Positions 45,201 through 51,880 of a DNA stretch of 64,000 bases are shown piece after piece. This DNA comes from a candidate division WWE3 bacterium (lineage in GTDB: Bacteria; Patescibacteriota; WWE3; UBA101185; UBA10185): positions 32,985 to 96,984 of the forward strand of contig QZJF01000005.1 in assembly GCA_003599255.1 (NCBI GenBank), read 5' to 3'. The position numbers and the translations under genes were made by a program. Position 1 is the first letter of the stretch. Every line of letters begins with the position of its first letter. The notes under the pieces were generated by a model, which had not been told where the DNA came from, searched no databases, and saw only the letters and a program-made list of their open reading frames with translations.

Positions 45201-47555
45201 ATCTTGAACATTCGCACCGTTTGAGTAAGTAAATTCATCATTTGTGCCTACCAGATATGCTCCGGATGTTGTCGGGGAAGCGGTGTCTGTTAGACCGATT
45301 GACCCTATATGTAAATCCGAGCCGGAGGCAACCCTCACATTGCCGTTAACATCAAGAGAATACTGTGGATTTGTTGTTCCAATACCCACATTCCCCGAAC
45401 CATCTATGACAAAGGGTGTCGTATCAGCTGAACTATCGTTCACTCTAAACGAAAAACCGGATGTTGTGTTTGTCAGCGTTAATAGTTCATTTGTTATATC
45501 CAGGAAAAACGGAGAGCCCGGTTCACTTCCGCCTATCGATAAGTTTTGTGAGGTGGACACCGGGTGAATTGTCCCTGAGGTTACTGTCCATATTCCGCTT
45601 CCACCGCCGATTGCTGCGTTGTATGCGGTATTTATTGCGTCTACTATAGCTGTGTCTCCGCTGTCAAAATCTGTGTCAATATCTGTCATGGTGATTGGGG
45701 AGGTAAGTGTCGCGTCGTCGAAAGTAAGTGTGGTACCGCTTATACTTATTGCGTCTCCACCATCACCCAGATTAACTGGGCCGTTTGCTACAAGTGCTCC
45801 GGAAGAAATGGTCACGCCACCGCCTATTGTCATCCATTGGGAGAAAGTAGATGTGCCGTTTACGGTTAAAAGTTCGGTTCCCGGGTTCCATGTTATTTGA
45901 GTATCATCGTTTGTCAGTGTTCCGGCACTATCGGCAAAGAAAACTCCGTATGGATCAAATCCCGTGGTTGTAATAGGTCCAATGACCGATCCGTAAATTG
46001 TTCCCCCAACTTCCAGACTACCTTCGATGTATTGACTTTCTGACATACCTCCAACATAAGTAGGTGCTGTTGAGCCGTCCCCGATGTGAAGGGTTGTCAC
46101 GGGGCTTGTTGTTGAAATACCTACCCTTCCTGTTTCAGTAATCCTTAATCTCGTTATGTCGTTAGTTCTAAATGAAAGTCCTACATTGTCAGTGGTACCG
46201 ATAAAGTCTACATCGGGATCCGATCCGGCATTTCCTGCCAGAAGCCAGGAAATATCTCCAAAAAAAGTGGAAGTATTGGACCACTCCGGGGTTGTGCCAT
46301 CAGATGTCAAAATGTATCCGTTTGTTCCGGTTATTGAAATTACGGATAAGGTGTTAGAAGCCGAAGCGTACAAAAGATCCCCGGTTGTGTACGATGTCAA
46401 CCCAGTTCCTCCATTTTCAGGAGCTATTTCTGTACCTTGCCATACACCCGTGGTTATTGTGCCAAGTTGTGTAATTTCAGTCTGAGGTACGCTGGTCCAA
46501 TCACCATCAACTGCCATAATTATATTGTCATCATCTGTCGATAAGTCTCCAAAGGTGGCACCGTTAATGCTGACAACAGTTACATTACCCAGTCCGGTAC
46601 CTTCCACATCCCCACCGATATCAAGAGCTTCCTCTAAAGTTGTTTCGGTGACTTCATTGATAGCTCCCAAGTTGTTCAATGCCGCCGTTCCGATAAAGTT
46701 TACTTCTCCGGCGGTTATGGCTCCGGTTCCAAAATTCGCATCGGCGTTGTTTGTAGTAATGCCGCCTAGGAGAGAGGACAATTCATTAACAGTCAGGTCT
46801 TTTTCAAGTGTAATTGTCTCTCTAAATATCCCGGGCACACTAAGTCTGAACACAAAGTTTGCGTTTCGATCAACCGCAGCCAGAACATTGTCATAGAATG
46901 ACATCTTACCGGACTGCGGTACTTCTTTTCTTTGCGCAAATGCGCCTGATATTACGTGTACAAAATTATCTTTAAAACCCATGAAGGTTAGCAATCCAAA
47001 TGCAAAAACGATGAATATTATAATGCCCCCTATCTTTGTGAGTTTAGGATTTATGTGTATATGACTAAGAATGACGGATTTTCGTTTAATATCATTTAAC
47101 TTTGTCACTTCTTCAGGAATACTAGTGTCAGTCTTTGTCGCATTGATTTCATGATCAGCTTTTGTTTGTGCACCTAAATCCTGTTTCAATTTATTTTGCG
47201 AAAGAGCTTTCAATGTTCCTGTAAGGTTTAAAAGATCCGCTCTTGGAGACGCTTGAGGAACAGGAATGGAAGTAGTGGAAGAGTTAGTATTTTTTTTGAG
47301 ATCGGCTTTTTGATTGTTTAAATCCGTTTTCAGATTTAAAACATCACTGCGTTTAAACATTCTATACCCGTTAGGTTGTCGGATGGAGTTTACTTTATTC
47401 TCGCTTTCAAATCTGCGGAGAGTTGAAGAAGATACGCCTAATAACTTAGCTGCCTCGGAAACATTTAAAAGTTGTTTGGTAGATATGCTTGAAGAACTAT
47501 GTGATTTACTTGCAGGTTTTTTTCGTCTTTTTCTTTGGGCAGAAACTGAGCTCAT
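30279..47555 (-). CDS. Giant 5758-aa membrane-anchored fibre/adhesin-like protein: N-terminal MerR-type HTH, single TM, tail-fibre-like repeats, peptidase S74 (intramolecular chaperone) domain, coiled coil, C-terminal domain
   Basis: LLNVSEAAKLLGVSSSTLRRFE...NGYRMF (HTH); IGGIIIFIVFAFGLLTFMGF (TM); many GIGTTxP..LDVNG units; SSERFKKDI...LNPVTFKW...FGLIAEQV...VKYDRL (S74); SD AAAGGA upstream. Confidence 0.85.
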   Translation of the reverse strand: MSSVSAQRKRRKKPASKSHSSSSISTKQLLNVSEAAKLLGVSSSTLRRFESENKVNSIRQPNGYRMFKRSDVLNLKTDLNNQKADLKKNTNSSTTSIPVPQASPRADLLNLTGTLKALSQNKLKQDLGAQTKADHEINATKTDTSIPEEVTKLNDIKRKSVILSHIHINPKLTKIGGIIIFIVFAFGLLTFMGFKDNFVHVISGAFAQRKEVPQSGKMSFYDNVLAAVDRNANFVFRLSVPGIFRETITLEKDLTVNELSSLLGGITTNNADANFGTGAITAGEVNFIGTAALNNLGAINEVTETTLEEALDIGGDVEGTGLGNVTVVSINGATFGDLSTDDDNIIMAVDGDWTSVPQTEITQLGTITTGVWQGTEIAPENGGTGLTSYTTGDLLYASASNTLSVISITGTNGYILTSDGTTPEWSNTSTFFGDISWLLAGNAGSDPDVDFIGTTDNVGLSFRTNDITRLRITETGRVGISTTSPVTTLHIGDGSTAPTYVGGMSESQYIEGSLEVGGTIYGSVIGPITTTGFDPYGVFFADSAGTLTNDDTQITWNPGTELLTVNGTSTFSQWMTIGGGVTISSGALVANGPVNLGDGGDAISISGTTLTFDDATLTSPITMTDIDTDFDSGDTAIVDAINTAYNAAIGGGSGIWTVTSGTIHPVSTSQNLSIGGSEPGSPFFLDITNELLTLTNTTSGFSFRVNDSSADTTPFVIDGSGNVGIGTTNPQYSLDVNGNVRVASGSDLHIGSIGLTDTASPTTSGAYLVGTNDEFTYSNGANVQDVLDDLDAQLSTLSGDTHPALQLAGTANYLSLNAASQVLTQSAIDLSNTSNVSNQLGVAYGGTGLNTSTAPSGTLLIGTGTGWNVKAMGGDATIDNTGTLDLSDTGVAAGTYGSSTGIPVVTVDAEGRITSAATSPLINIVDGTGLTNYVARWTDSNSLTTGIIYDNGTTVGIGTTSPDPTYTLDVNGPVNMTALYLNDSQITADASELNILDGALVTTSELNLLSGRTGTLLDNNNIASYAVTSVLGGNGLTNVGTGPGSLTLNVGAGNGITVNADDITIDATTTGATSTTASNSGLEVTASGLRMLGGCANNQLLVWNAGADRWECNSVSGVGAVSGSGSAGQVTYWNGTSSVTGTDAFFWDSNTSRLGIGTTAPAYALDVNGDIRIASGSDLYIGTIGLNDTGTSNTDSGASRVGVFDEFTYSAGTTVQDVLDDLDAQLSTLSGDTHPALQLAGTANYLSLNAASQVLTQSAIDLSNTSNVSNQLGVAYGGTGLDTSTAPSGTLLIGTGTGWNVKAMGGDAAIDSTGTLTLANTGVSAATYGSTTGIPVITVDAKGRITSASTAPISQSLGGTGIANYVARWTDPTNLSTGILFDNGTSVGVGTSSPSEILDVTGAIRLGTAGLNNVLNTSAAAGSPTGDLFWGTRTLVDSSNVSSYATTAVTAGSGLTGGGTTGALTLDIGAGDGITVNANDITIDATTTGATSTTASNSGLEVTASGLRMIGGCSNNELLVWNALADRWECNSVSGVGAVNGSGATGQVTFWNGTSSLTGSDNFFWDSTLSRLGIGTTAPAYAVDVNGDVRVASGSDFIIGNIGIGDSASATASGAYVVGVFDEFNNSNATNVQAVLNDLDAAIGAGASKWTDNGAITFLTATTDDVAIGGEDSTSPFFFDVDGGLFTITSTAPSGYAFLVNDSAGDLTPFVIDTNGVVGIGTTSPNSTYALDVNGAINTTSLYLSGSQVTSSAAELNILDGALITTSELNLLQGRSGTLLDSNNVSSYAVTSVLGGSGLTNAGTGPGSLTLNVGAGNGITVNADDITIDATTTGTTSTTASNSGLEVTADGLRLLGGCSNSELLVWNAGADRWECNSVSGIGAVNGSGATGQVTFWNGTSSITGSDSFFWDNNTNRLGLGTTAPAFALDVNGDIRIAAGSDLLIGSIGLSSTSAPTTSGAYLIGVNDEFTYSDSTNVQAVLNDLDAQFGTLAGDSHPALQLAGTANYLSLNGPSQVLTQNAIDLSNTSNVSNQLGVAYGGTGLDTSTAPSGTLLLGTGTGWNVKAMGGDATIDSTGTLTLANTGVTAATYGSSTSVPVITVDSKGRLTSVTTSPLLNIVDGTGLANYVARWTDNNTLATGVIYDTGTRVGIGTTNPGATYALDVNGAVNTTALYLNGSQVTSTAAELNILDGALITVTELNLLQGRSGTLLDSNNVSSYAVTSVLGGNGLTNVGTGPGSLTLNVGAGDGITVNADDITIDATTTGTTSTTASNSGLEVTASGLRLLGGCSNNELLVWNAGADRWECNSVSGVGAVSGSGSAGQVTFWNGTSSLTGSDNFFWDSTLSRLGIGTTAPAFALDVNGDVRVASGSDFLVGSIGLSSTSAPTTSGAYLVGVNDEFDFSNSTNVQAVLNDLDANFLNYSLASDTHPALQLAGTANYLSLNAASQVLTQSAIDLSNTSNVSNQLGVAYGGTGLDTSTAPSGTLLIGTGTGWNVKAMGGDATIDSTGTLDLSDTGVGAGTYGSSTGIPVFTVDAEGRLTAASTAPILNFTDGTGITNYVARWIDENTLSTGVIYDNGTRVGIGTTNPGSSYTLDVNGAVNMTSLYLNGTQVTADASEINILNGALITTSELNLLQGRSGTLVDSNNVSSYAVTSVFGGDGLTNVGTGPGSLTLNVGAGDGITVNTDDITIDATTTGTTSTTASNSGLEVTADGLRLLGGCSDNELLVWNAGADRWECNSVSGVGAVSGSGAIGQVTFWNGTSSLTGSDSFFWDSSLNRLGIGTTAPAFALDVNGDVRVASGSDFFVGSIGLSSTSAPTTSGAYLVGVNDEFDFSNSTNVQAVLNDLDANFLNYSLAGDTHPALQLAGTANYLSLDAASQILTQSAIDLSNTSNVTNQLGVAYGGTGLDTSTAPSGTLLIGTGTGWNVKAMGGDATIDSTGTLDLSDTGVGAGTYGSSTGIPVFTVDAEGRLTSASTAPLLNITDGSGIANYVARWTDDNTLSTGLLYDTGTLLGLGTTAPAFKLDVNGDVRVASGSDFFVGSIGLSSTSAPTTSGAYLIGVNDEFDFSNSTNVQAVLNDFDANFLNYSLAADTHPALQLAGTANYLSLNGSQVLTQSAIDLSNTSNVSNQLGVAYGGTGLDTSTAPSGTLLIGTGTGWNVKAMGGDATIDSTGTLDLSDTGVGAGTYGSATGIPVITVDSEGRLTAASTSPLLNITDGSGIANYVARWIDSNTLSTGIAYDTGTYFGIGTTNPNQELHVVGVGTAILADGFNQTTGIDIALRSNIRTWNLGVDGSGTATTQGEFWISDGQSTLKRLLIDGSGYVGIGTTNPVERLDVSGGIRLGTAGTNNILNTSAAAGSPTGDLYWGSDVIVDSSNVSTYATTGVTAGSGLTGGGTTGVLTLDIGAGDGITVNANDITIDATTTGTTSVTASNSGLEVTADGLRLLGGCSNGEALTWDTTLQVWKCSSVAAGLTGAGTIGQVAFWDGTSSITGSDSFFWDSNTSRLGLGTTAPAFTLDVNGDVRVASGSDFFVGSIGLSSTSAPTTSGAYIIGVNDEFDFSNSTNVQAVLNDLDANFLNYSLAGDTHPALQLAGTANYLSLSAASQILTQSAIDLSNTSNVSNQLGVAYGGTGLDTSTAPSGSILLGTGTGWNVKAMGGDATIDSTGTLDLSDTGVGAGTYGSATGIPIITVDAEGRLTSASTAPLLNVTDGTGITNYVARWTDENTLSTGILYDNGTNVGVGTTNPAYILDVYSGSTTGGLGVFADSVTTGTGALFSFDGLTTGTGLSISSTSSSFSTGTLAAVDWSPLSSATASGDLFSINIGSNGSLTGNLFAVYDDGAAVFTVQQNQIESAVPHVFTAAGDVSFSYDAIFTNQTSAQIESYGPFSIIAGESFESNNLTLRTYGTGNIIADLGGNFVLYDNDPTLVFDTETATDTDFWMGILENSDNTDNDLLVIGDGTSSGTNPFFAITTSGDIGIGTTNPAAKLEINGAIRLGGETIGDFVGSGLIVSGTALSLDVTTTSTTSTTAANSGLEVTADGLRLLGGCADGEALIWDSSREVWDCTAVAAGLSGSGTAGQVAFWDGSTSLTGNDSLFWDSGTSRLGLGTTAPDAILHAVGGDLYVAPDSGYTFDNASAAEDLYVFGNLEIDGTIYGNTASLGQIDIGGESIGDFVGDGLIVSGTALSLDVTTTSTTSTTASNSGLEVTADGLRLLGGCSNGEALTWDTSQEVWKCSSVAAGLTGSGSIGQVAFWDGTSSITGSDSFFWDTSTGRLGLGTTAPAFTLDVNGDIRIASGSDLLIGSIGLSSTSAPTTSGAYLVGVNDEFDFSNSTNVQAVLNDLDANFLNYSLASDTHPALQLAGTATYLSLDGSQVLTQSAIDLSSSLNVSNVLGTTNGGTGLDTSTAPSGSLLIGTGTGWNVKAMGGDATIDSTGTIDLSDTGVAAGTYGSTTGIPIVTVDAEGRLTSASTAPLLNITDGTGIANYVARWTDNNTLSTGILYDDGTNVGVGTTNPSYMLEVFSGSTTGGLGVFADSVTTGTGALFSFDGLTTGTGLSISSTSTAFSTGTLAAVDWSPLSSATASGDLFSINIGSNGSLTGNLFAVYDDNSPLFTITQSQITSYLPHTFSSAGDVSFSYDAIFTNQTSSQIESYGPFTIIAGESFENNDLTLRTYGSGDIVADLGGNFVLYDNDPTLLFDVESGTDTDFWMGVLEDSDSTDDDIFAIGDGLSSGTNPFFVINTSGNIGIGTTNPAATLDVNGTIRLGGETIGDFVGNGLILSGTALSLDVATTSTTSTTASNSGLEVAADGLRLLGGCGNGELLTWDSSQQVWKCSPEAGSGTITGTGVAGRVSFWDGSSSLASSQDFYWDNINSRMGIGNSSPQDTLHINGGFRIQESGYSSYTSIDTYSLGVGSGTMRFFADGTNGLSYDFRDQFGSIFNIGSGTNDSTFNYGLNVNGDTTLGDDSSDTLTLNAGTWISSNTASLNLAASTTALNIESGLMNFDTTNARVGIGTVTPQNKLDISGNAVIGSYAGTDTAPANGLLVSGNVGIGTTAVGYQLDVRSATTQGALGVFADNVTTGTGALFSFDGLTTGTGLSVSSTSTTLAGALTSIDWSPISSSTATGDLFKINIGSNGTLDGGNLFGVYDDNSELFTINQTVITSYLPHSFAAAGDVSIANDIQFTGQSSSYIKTYAPLYLEVGESHESNNLTLRTFNSGDVVLDAAGGVTLNQAQAWSLATSTTALNFGNNLLNLDTTNDRIGIGTTTPQNTLDVFGNAAFGTYAGVSTAPTNGLIVSGNVGIGTSEPGYTLDVNGTARVSNIPTGTGTALYFDSNNQLIQLSSSERFKKDISDLDINLDSVLQLNPVTFKWNSTTVTPDVEDFGLIAEQVEQVMPFLVSYEADGITPKGVKYDRLGVVLLGALQEQQIQIDSFGDVMGITTQLQTDVQDTYQQVTDTTVGFDTRITTLESEFAQLTQNYDNLGNDFITLEEEVDNVKNDVALIKELLGMGSSTQSTESTESTESTESTESFNLLTLLTDPMGILNQIETLYNDFKDMVSELGLQNNDGQLAVTTDLNVTGDTTLSNLVVTGDLMAGLVEIDSLSNSIGIVGPSCYNETLGTTNQVLCEAQTLYLQKELSGNLDIFDGKIVLEPNGTLTVDGTINAEKVVADEFSVKGTSTLVGSGTITAGQTEVLIANTNVKAGSKIFVTATSSTNGQALIVKEKIDGTSFKVGLDVPHFQDISFDWWILNVE
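33050..45300 (-). repeat. Modular long internal repeats of the 5758-aa protein
   Basis: 8 copies of a module starting (T/S)HPALQLAGTA(N/T)YLSL and 9 copies of SGLEV..GLR..GGC....L.W.....W.C; a ~1.3 kb period recurs, with shorter and longer variants. Confidence 0.9.
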
Positions 47556-47567
47556 TTTTTATCCTTT

Positions 47568-47593
47568 TCAAATGTTGTTATAAAAACATTTGA
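47568..47593. promoter_or_regulatory. Near-perfect 26-bp palindrome (candidate operator or 5' hairpin) ahead of the giant HTH gene
   Basis: TCAAATGTT-G-TTATAA-A-AACATTTGA (one mismatched pair), between the predicted -10 and the SD. Confidence 0.55.
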
Positions 47594-47603
47594 TAATGTT
47601 TTA

Positions 47604-47632
47604 ATGATATGAAACACAGGTTTATGTGTCAA
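47604..47632 (-). promoter_or_regulatory. Sigma70 promoter of the giant-protein operon
   Basis: TTGACA (47632-47627), 17-bp spacer, TATCAT (47609-47604). Confidence 0.65.
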
Positions 47633-48335
47633 CACTTTTCGAAGGTTGGAATATGTTGTTGTTACAATATATAATGCCTGTCAATGTGTATTGATAAACG
47701 TGAATATTTTTTTTGTTGTTACAGCAATAAAAGATAACCTTTATTTTTAATATAAATTCCTGCAAAAATCGAGTAAACTTTGTCCGGAATTATTTGACCT
47801 GTGACTTTGAAAATTATTTAAAAAATATTGTAAATTTTGCGATACTGTTGTCATATATTTTCCTAGTGACTTCTTTTCTCTAAGTTTTTGTGTTTCGTTT
47901 GTCCGGTTAATTGATTTGTAAAAAATTTGAAACAGTTTTAAACTTAGATTTCAAAGGTCATTAATTTTAGACATAGATTTTCATATAACCATGCCTGGGT
48001 AAAAAAGTAGTTCATTTGTTAATCTTTTAGATATCTCAAGGATGCACTGCGAACTTACATATTTTCTATTTAACCCATGTAACTCTCAAGTTTACTTAAT
48101 ACTTTAAAAAATTTTTAATTTCTGTAGAATTTTATTAACGGCTTTTACCTTTAATCTACATTTTTTAATTACGGCTTATTGCTCGGACAGCGTAGTGAGT
48201 TAAGATCCAGCTTGACGTCAATGGAGATTATTATAATGACCGTTAGAGTAGTGATGTTTTTAATGTTTACCAAATGCCGTCGATACAGCATTTAACAATG
48301 TATATTTGTTTAAATATTCTGGTTGTATCGTGTAG

Positions 48336-49124
<789 letters not shown>

Positions 49125-49153
49125 ATGAGTTTTTAGTGTGATAAACTAATTTT

Positions 49154-49888
49154 ATGCAATTACTGCCCTTGGATTTAGCTGCATTCTTGTCAAAATATCT
49201 TTATCTGATAATCACTTTTGTGATGATTCAGGGTTCGTTGACTTTTGTACTTTTATTTTTATTCATAGATAAAATTACCAGCTCCAGAAAAGTTAAGACG
49301 CAGGAATTGCTGGCAAAACAGGACGCATATGAAGAATCCTTACGTATTCTAAACGATTCCAAAGCACAATCATCCAAGCTCATCCTTGCAGCGCAGGAGC
49401 AGTCTGCCAAAATAATTCAGGGGACAAATTTTCTCAATGATTCATTTAAAGAAAAATTTGCAGAAGAGTTAAAAAGTCTTGTAGATCGTCAGGAGAGCGT
49501 TTTCAAAAATGTTGCGGATGAATTATCCAAGCAATACCAACAGGCTTTTGAGCAGGAAAAGATAACGACGCTGAGCGAACTTACCAAGGTCTCCGATACT
49601 TTACGTTCCGATATGCTGACAAAAGTTGACGAATTTAAATCTGTGTTAGAAAAAAATACTGTGGAGGCAGAGACGGAACTTAAAGGGAGAATTCAACAGG
49701 ATTATGATGAACTTAGTAAAAGGATGAAAGAGTACGAAACCATAAAAATTCAGAAAATAGATGAGAAGATATTTCTTATACTTACCCAAGTTACTAAAGA
49801 CATATTAGGATCGGCTCTTACCATAAATGAACAGGAAGAACTGGTATTTAAGGTGCTAAGTGATGCAAAAGTTAGACAAGGTATCTGA
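49154..49888 (+). CDS. atpF: ATP synthase b-subunit-like peripheral stalk protein (elongated, 244 aa)
   Basis: One N-terminal TM, long coiled coil, C-terminal TKDILGSALTINEQEELV resembling the b C-terminus; atpF position. Confidence 0.65.
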   Translation: MQLLPLDLAAFLSKYLYLIITFVMIQGSLTFVLLFLFIDKITSSRKVKTQELLAKQDAYEESLRILNDSKAQSSKLILAAQEQSAKIIQGTNFLNDSFKEKFAEELKSLVDRQESVFKNVADELSKQYQQAFEQEKITTLSELTKVSDTLRSDMLTKVDEFKSVLEKNTVEAETELKGRIQQDYDELSKRMKEYETIKIQKIDEKIFLILTQVTKDILGSALTINEQEELVFKVLSDAKVRQGI

Positions 49889-49889
49889 T

Positions 49890-50402
49890 ATGTACACTTT
49901 AGATTCCCAAACAAAGCAAATAATTCTGGATACTTTAATGACACAATCTGCTGCTTTCGAGCTAATTGAGGAATTGTCATATGCTAATTCATTACTATAC
50001 AAATCTGAGCCTGATAGCGAGTCTACTTATGGTAAAGCGGTAAACAATGTGAAATATTCTGACTTATTGAATCAACTTTTTGCATCCGATGTTCAATCGG
50101 TAAGCCGACCTGAGGAATTATCCAGATTTGTCGAGGAGATCCATAACTGGTTGAAGGATATCGAGCCGGTTAGATACACTGTAGCTTTTAAGCCCGGGAT
50201 GGAGTTTACAAAAAACATGTACAAATGGACAAAAGAAAATATAAGTGGTCAGCACTTAATTGAAATAGAGACAAAGTCTGAAATTATTGGAGGAGTTATC
50301 ATCTCTGCAAATGGACGATATCACGATTTTTCTCTTGAAAAGATTATCAACCAATATTTTTCCTTAAACAAAGATGCAATCTTATCAATACTACAAAAAT
50401 GA
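49890..50402 (+). CDS. atpH: ATP synthase delta-like subunit (divergent)
   Basis: C-terminal EIIGGVIISANGRYHDFSLEKII matches the delta/OSCP motif IGG....G...D.S; lies between b and alpha. Confidence 0.7.
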   Translation: MYTLDSQTKQIILDTLMTQSAAFELIEELSYANSLLYKSEPDSESTYGKAVNNVKYSDLLNQLFASDVQSVSRPEELSRFVEEIHNWLKDIEPVRYTVAFKPGMEFTKNMYKWTKENISGQHLIEIETKSEIIGGVIISANGRYHDFSLEKIINQYFSLNKDAILSILQK

Positions 50403-51870
50403 ATACAACAAATGTCTGGAACTAACGGGCGAGACAGGCTATGTTGAAAGCGTGGTGCCCCCGATAGTTTATATAAATGGTCTTCCCGGAGTTCGATTTG
50501 GGGAAGTGGTTTATTTTGAAACCGGAGAAATGGGAATTGTAATATCTCTCGATTCAGATAGCGCGGAAGTATTGCTTTTTTCACGAAATCCTATTGTGGT
50601 AGGAACCCAAGCCGCCCGATCCGGCATGCCTTTAAAAATGCCCGTGGGAGGGGAGTATGTCGGACATTCTATTGATCCACTTGGAAGAAGTACCAGCGAG
50701 TCGGTTTATATTCCCAGGCCAACGGAATATCGTATATTGGACCGTCCTGCCCCCGGTATAGATATGAGGGAGAAGATAACACAGAGTTTTGAGACGGGAG
50801 TCGCCGTTGTAGATTTAATGATACCTTTGGGTAAAGGACAACGTGAGTTAGTGCTCGGGGACAGAAAGACAGGTAAAACGGAATTTCTGATGCAAGTATT
50901 ATTAACCCAGGCTAAACAAGGCAGTATATGTATTTATACGGGCATAGGAAAGAAAAAAGTTGATATCAAAAGAGCGGAAGAATTCGTACTTCGTCATAAT
51001 TTGACTCAAAATACTATTATTCTTTCAACAAGTTCAACCGATCCTCTTGGCTTAATTTATATCACGCCGTATGCAGCAATGACCCTGGCAGAGTACTTTA
51101 GAGACCAGGGCAGGGACGTTTGTATTATATTGGACGATTTATCTACACACGCGAAATTCTATAGAGAAATTTCATTAATTGGCAAAAGATTTCCGGGAAG
51201 AAACTCGTATCCGGGAGATATTTTTTATGCCCATTCCCGCTTACTTGAAAGAGCAGGAAACTTTAGGACGCAGCACGGTGTTGGGTCCGTAACATGTTTG
51301 CCGGTTGCAGAAACAATAGAAAGTGATATTTCAGGGTATATACAGACAAATCTTATGTCAATTACTGACGGTCATGTGTACTTCGACCATGAATTGTTTG
51401 AACAAGGAAGAAGACCTTCAGTAAATTATTTTTTATCAGTAACTAGGGTTGGTAGACAGACCCAAAGTAAGGTCCGTTGGGGAATTAACAGAGAACTTAG
51501 TAGTTTCTTAACATTGTATGAAAAAACTCAGCGATTTATACACTTTGGAGCGGAACTTAATGAAGGAATTAAGTCAACACTAAGCATGGGAACAAGAATT
51601 TTAAATTTCTTTGATCAGCCCATGGGACATACGGTCGGCATGGACATTCAGATATTAATTTTTTGTTTAATTTGGATAGGAGCAATTCCTGAAGAAGATT
51701 CCGCAAGACTACAATATATTACTAGTAAGTGCATGACATTGTATGACAGTAATGAGCAATTTAAAGACTTAGTTGGTAAGTTAATAGATGAAAGTAACGA
51801 TTTTAATGTGTTACTTGGGCGTATTAGTAGTCAATCGAAGCAAATAATGGAAATTATCGATAAAGGTTAA
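50374..51870 (+). CDS. atpA: F1-type ATPase alpha subunit (divergent)
   Basis: PLGKGQRELVLGDRKTGKT, DDLSTHA, PGRNSYPGDIFYAHSRLLERAG, TNLMSITDG, arginine finger SVTRVG. Confidence 0.92.
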   Translation: MQSYQYYKNEYNKCLELTGETGYVESVVPPIVYINGLPGVRFGEVVYFETGEMGIVISLDSDSAEVLLFSRNPIVVGTQAARSGMPLKMPVGGEYVGHSIDPLGRSTSESVYIPRPTEYRILDRPAPGIDMREKITQSFETGVAVVDLMIPLGKGQRELVLGDRKTGKTEFLMQVLLTQAKQGSICIYTGIGKKKVDIKRAEEFVLRHNLTQNTIILSTSSTDPLGLIYITPYAAMTLAEYFRDQGRDVCIILDDLSTHAKFYREISLIGKRFPGRNSYPGDIFYAHSRLLERAGNFRTQHGVGSVTCLPVAETIESDISGYIQTNLMSITDGHVYFDHELFEQGRRPSVNYFLSVTRVGRQTQSKVRWGINRELSSFLTLYEKTQRFIHFGAELNEGIKSTLSMGTRILNFFDQPMGHTVGMDIQILIFCLIWIGAIPEEDSARLQYITSKCMTLYDSNEQFKDLVGKLIDESNDFNVLLGRISSQSKQIMEIIDKG

Positions 51871-51880
51871 ATGAAGTAAT

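Noticed and set aside
33050-45300. CRISPR array or DGR template/variable repeats
   Set aside because: The repeats are long, in-frame and differ at synonymous sites rather than only at adenines. There is no repeat-spacer pattern and no cas or reverse transcriptase gene in the window.
5771-47555. Dozens of 60-200 aa plus-strand ORFs opposite the giant genes
   Set aside because: Antisense shadows of Gly/Thr/Ser-biased, repetitive coding sequence; they repeat with the protein repeats and show no independent motifs.
48212-48237. TTGACG...TATAAT as a canonical promoter for the ATPase operon
   Set aside because: The spacer is only 14 bp, so it was not called as a sigma70 promoter; the -10 may still be used.
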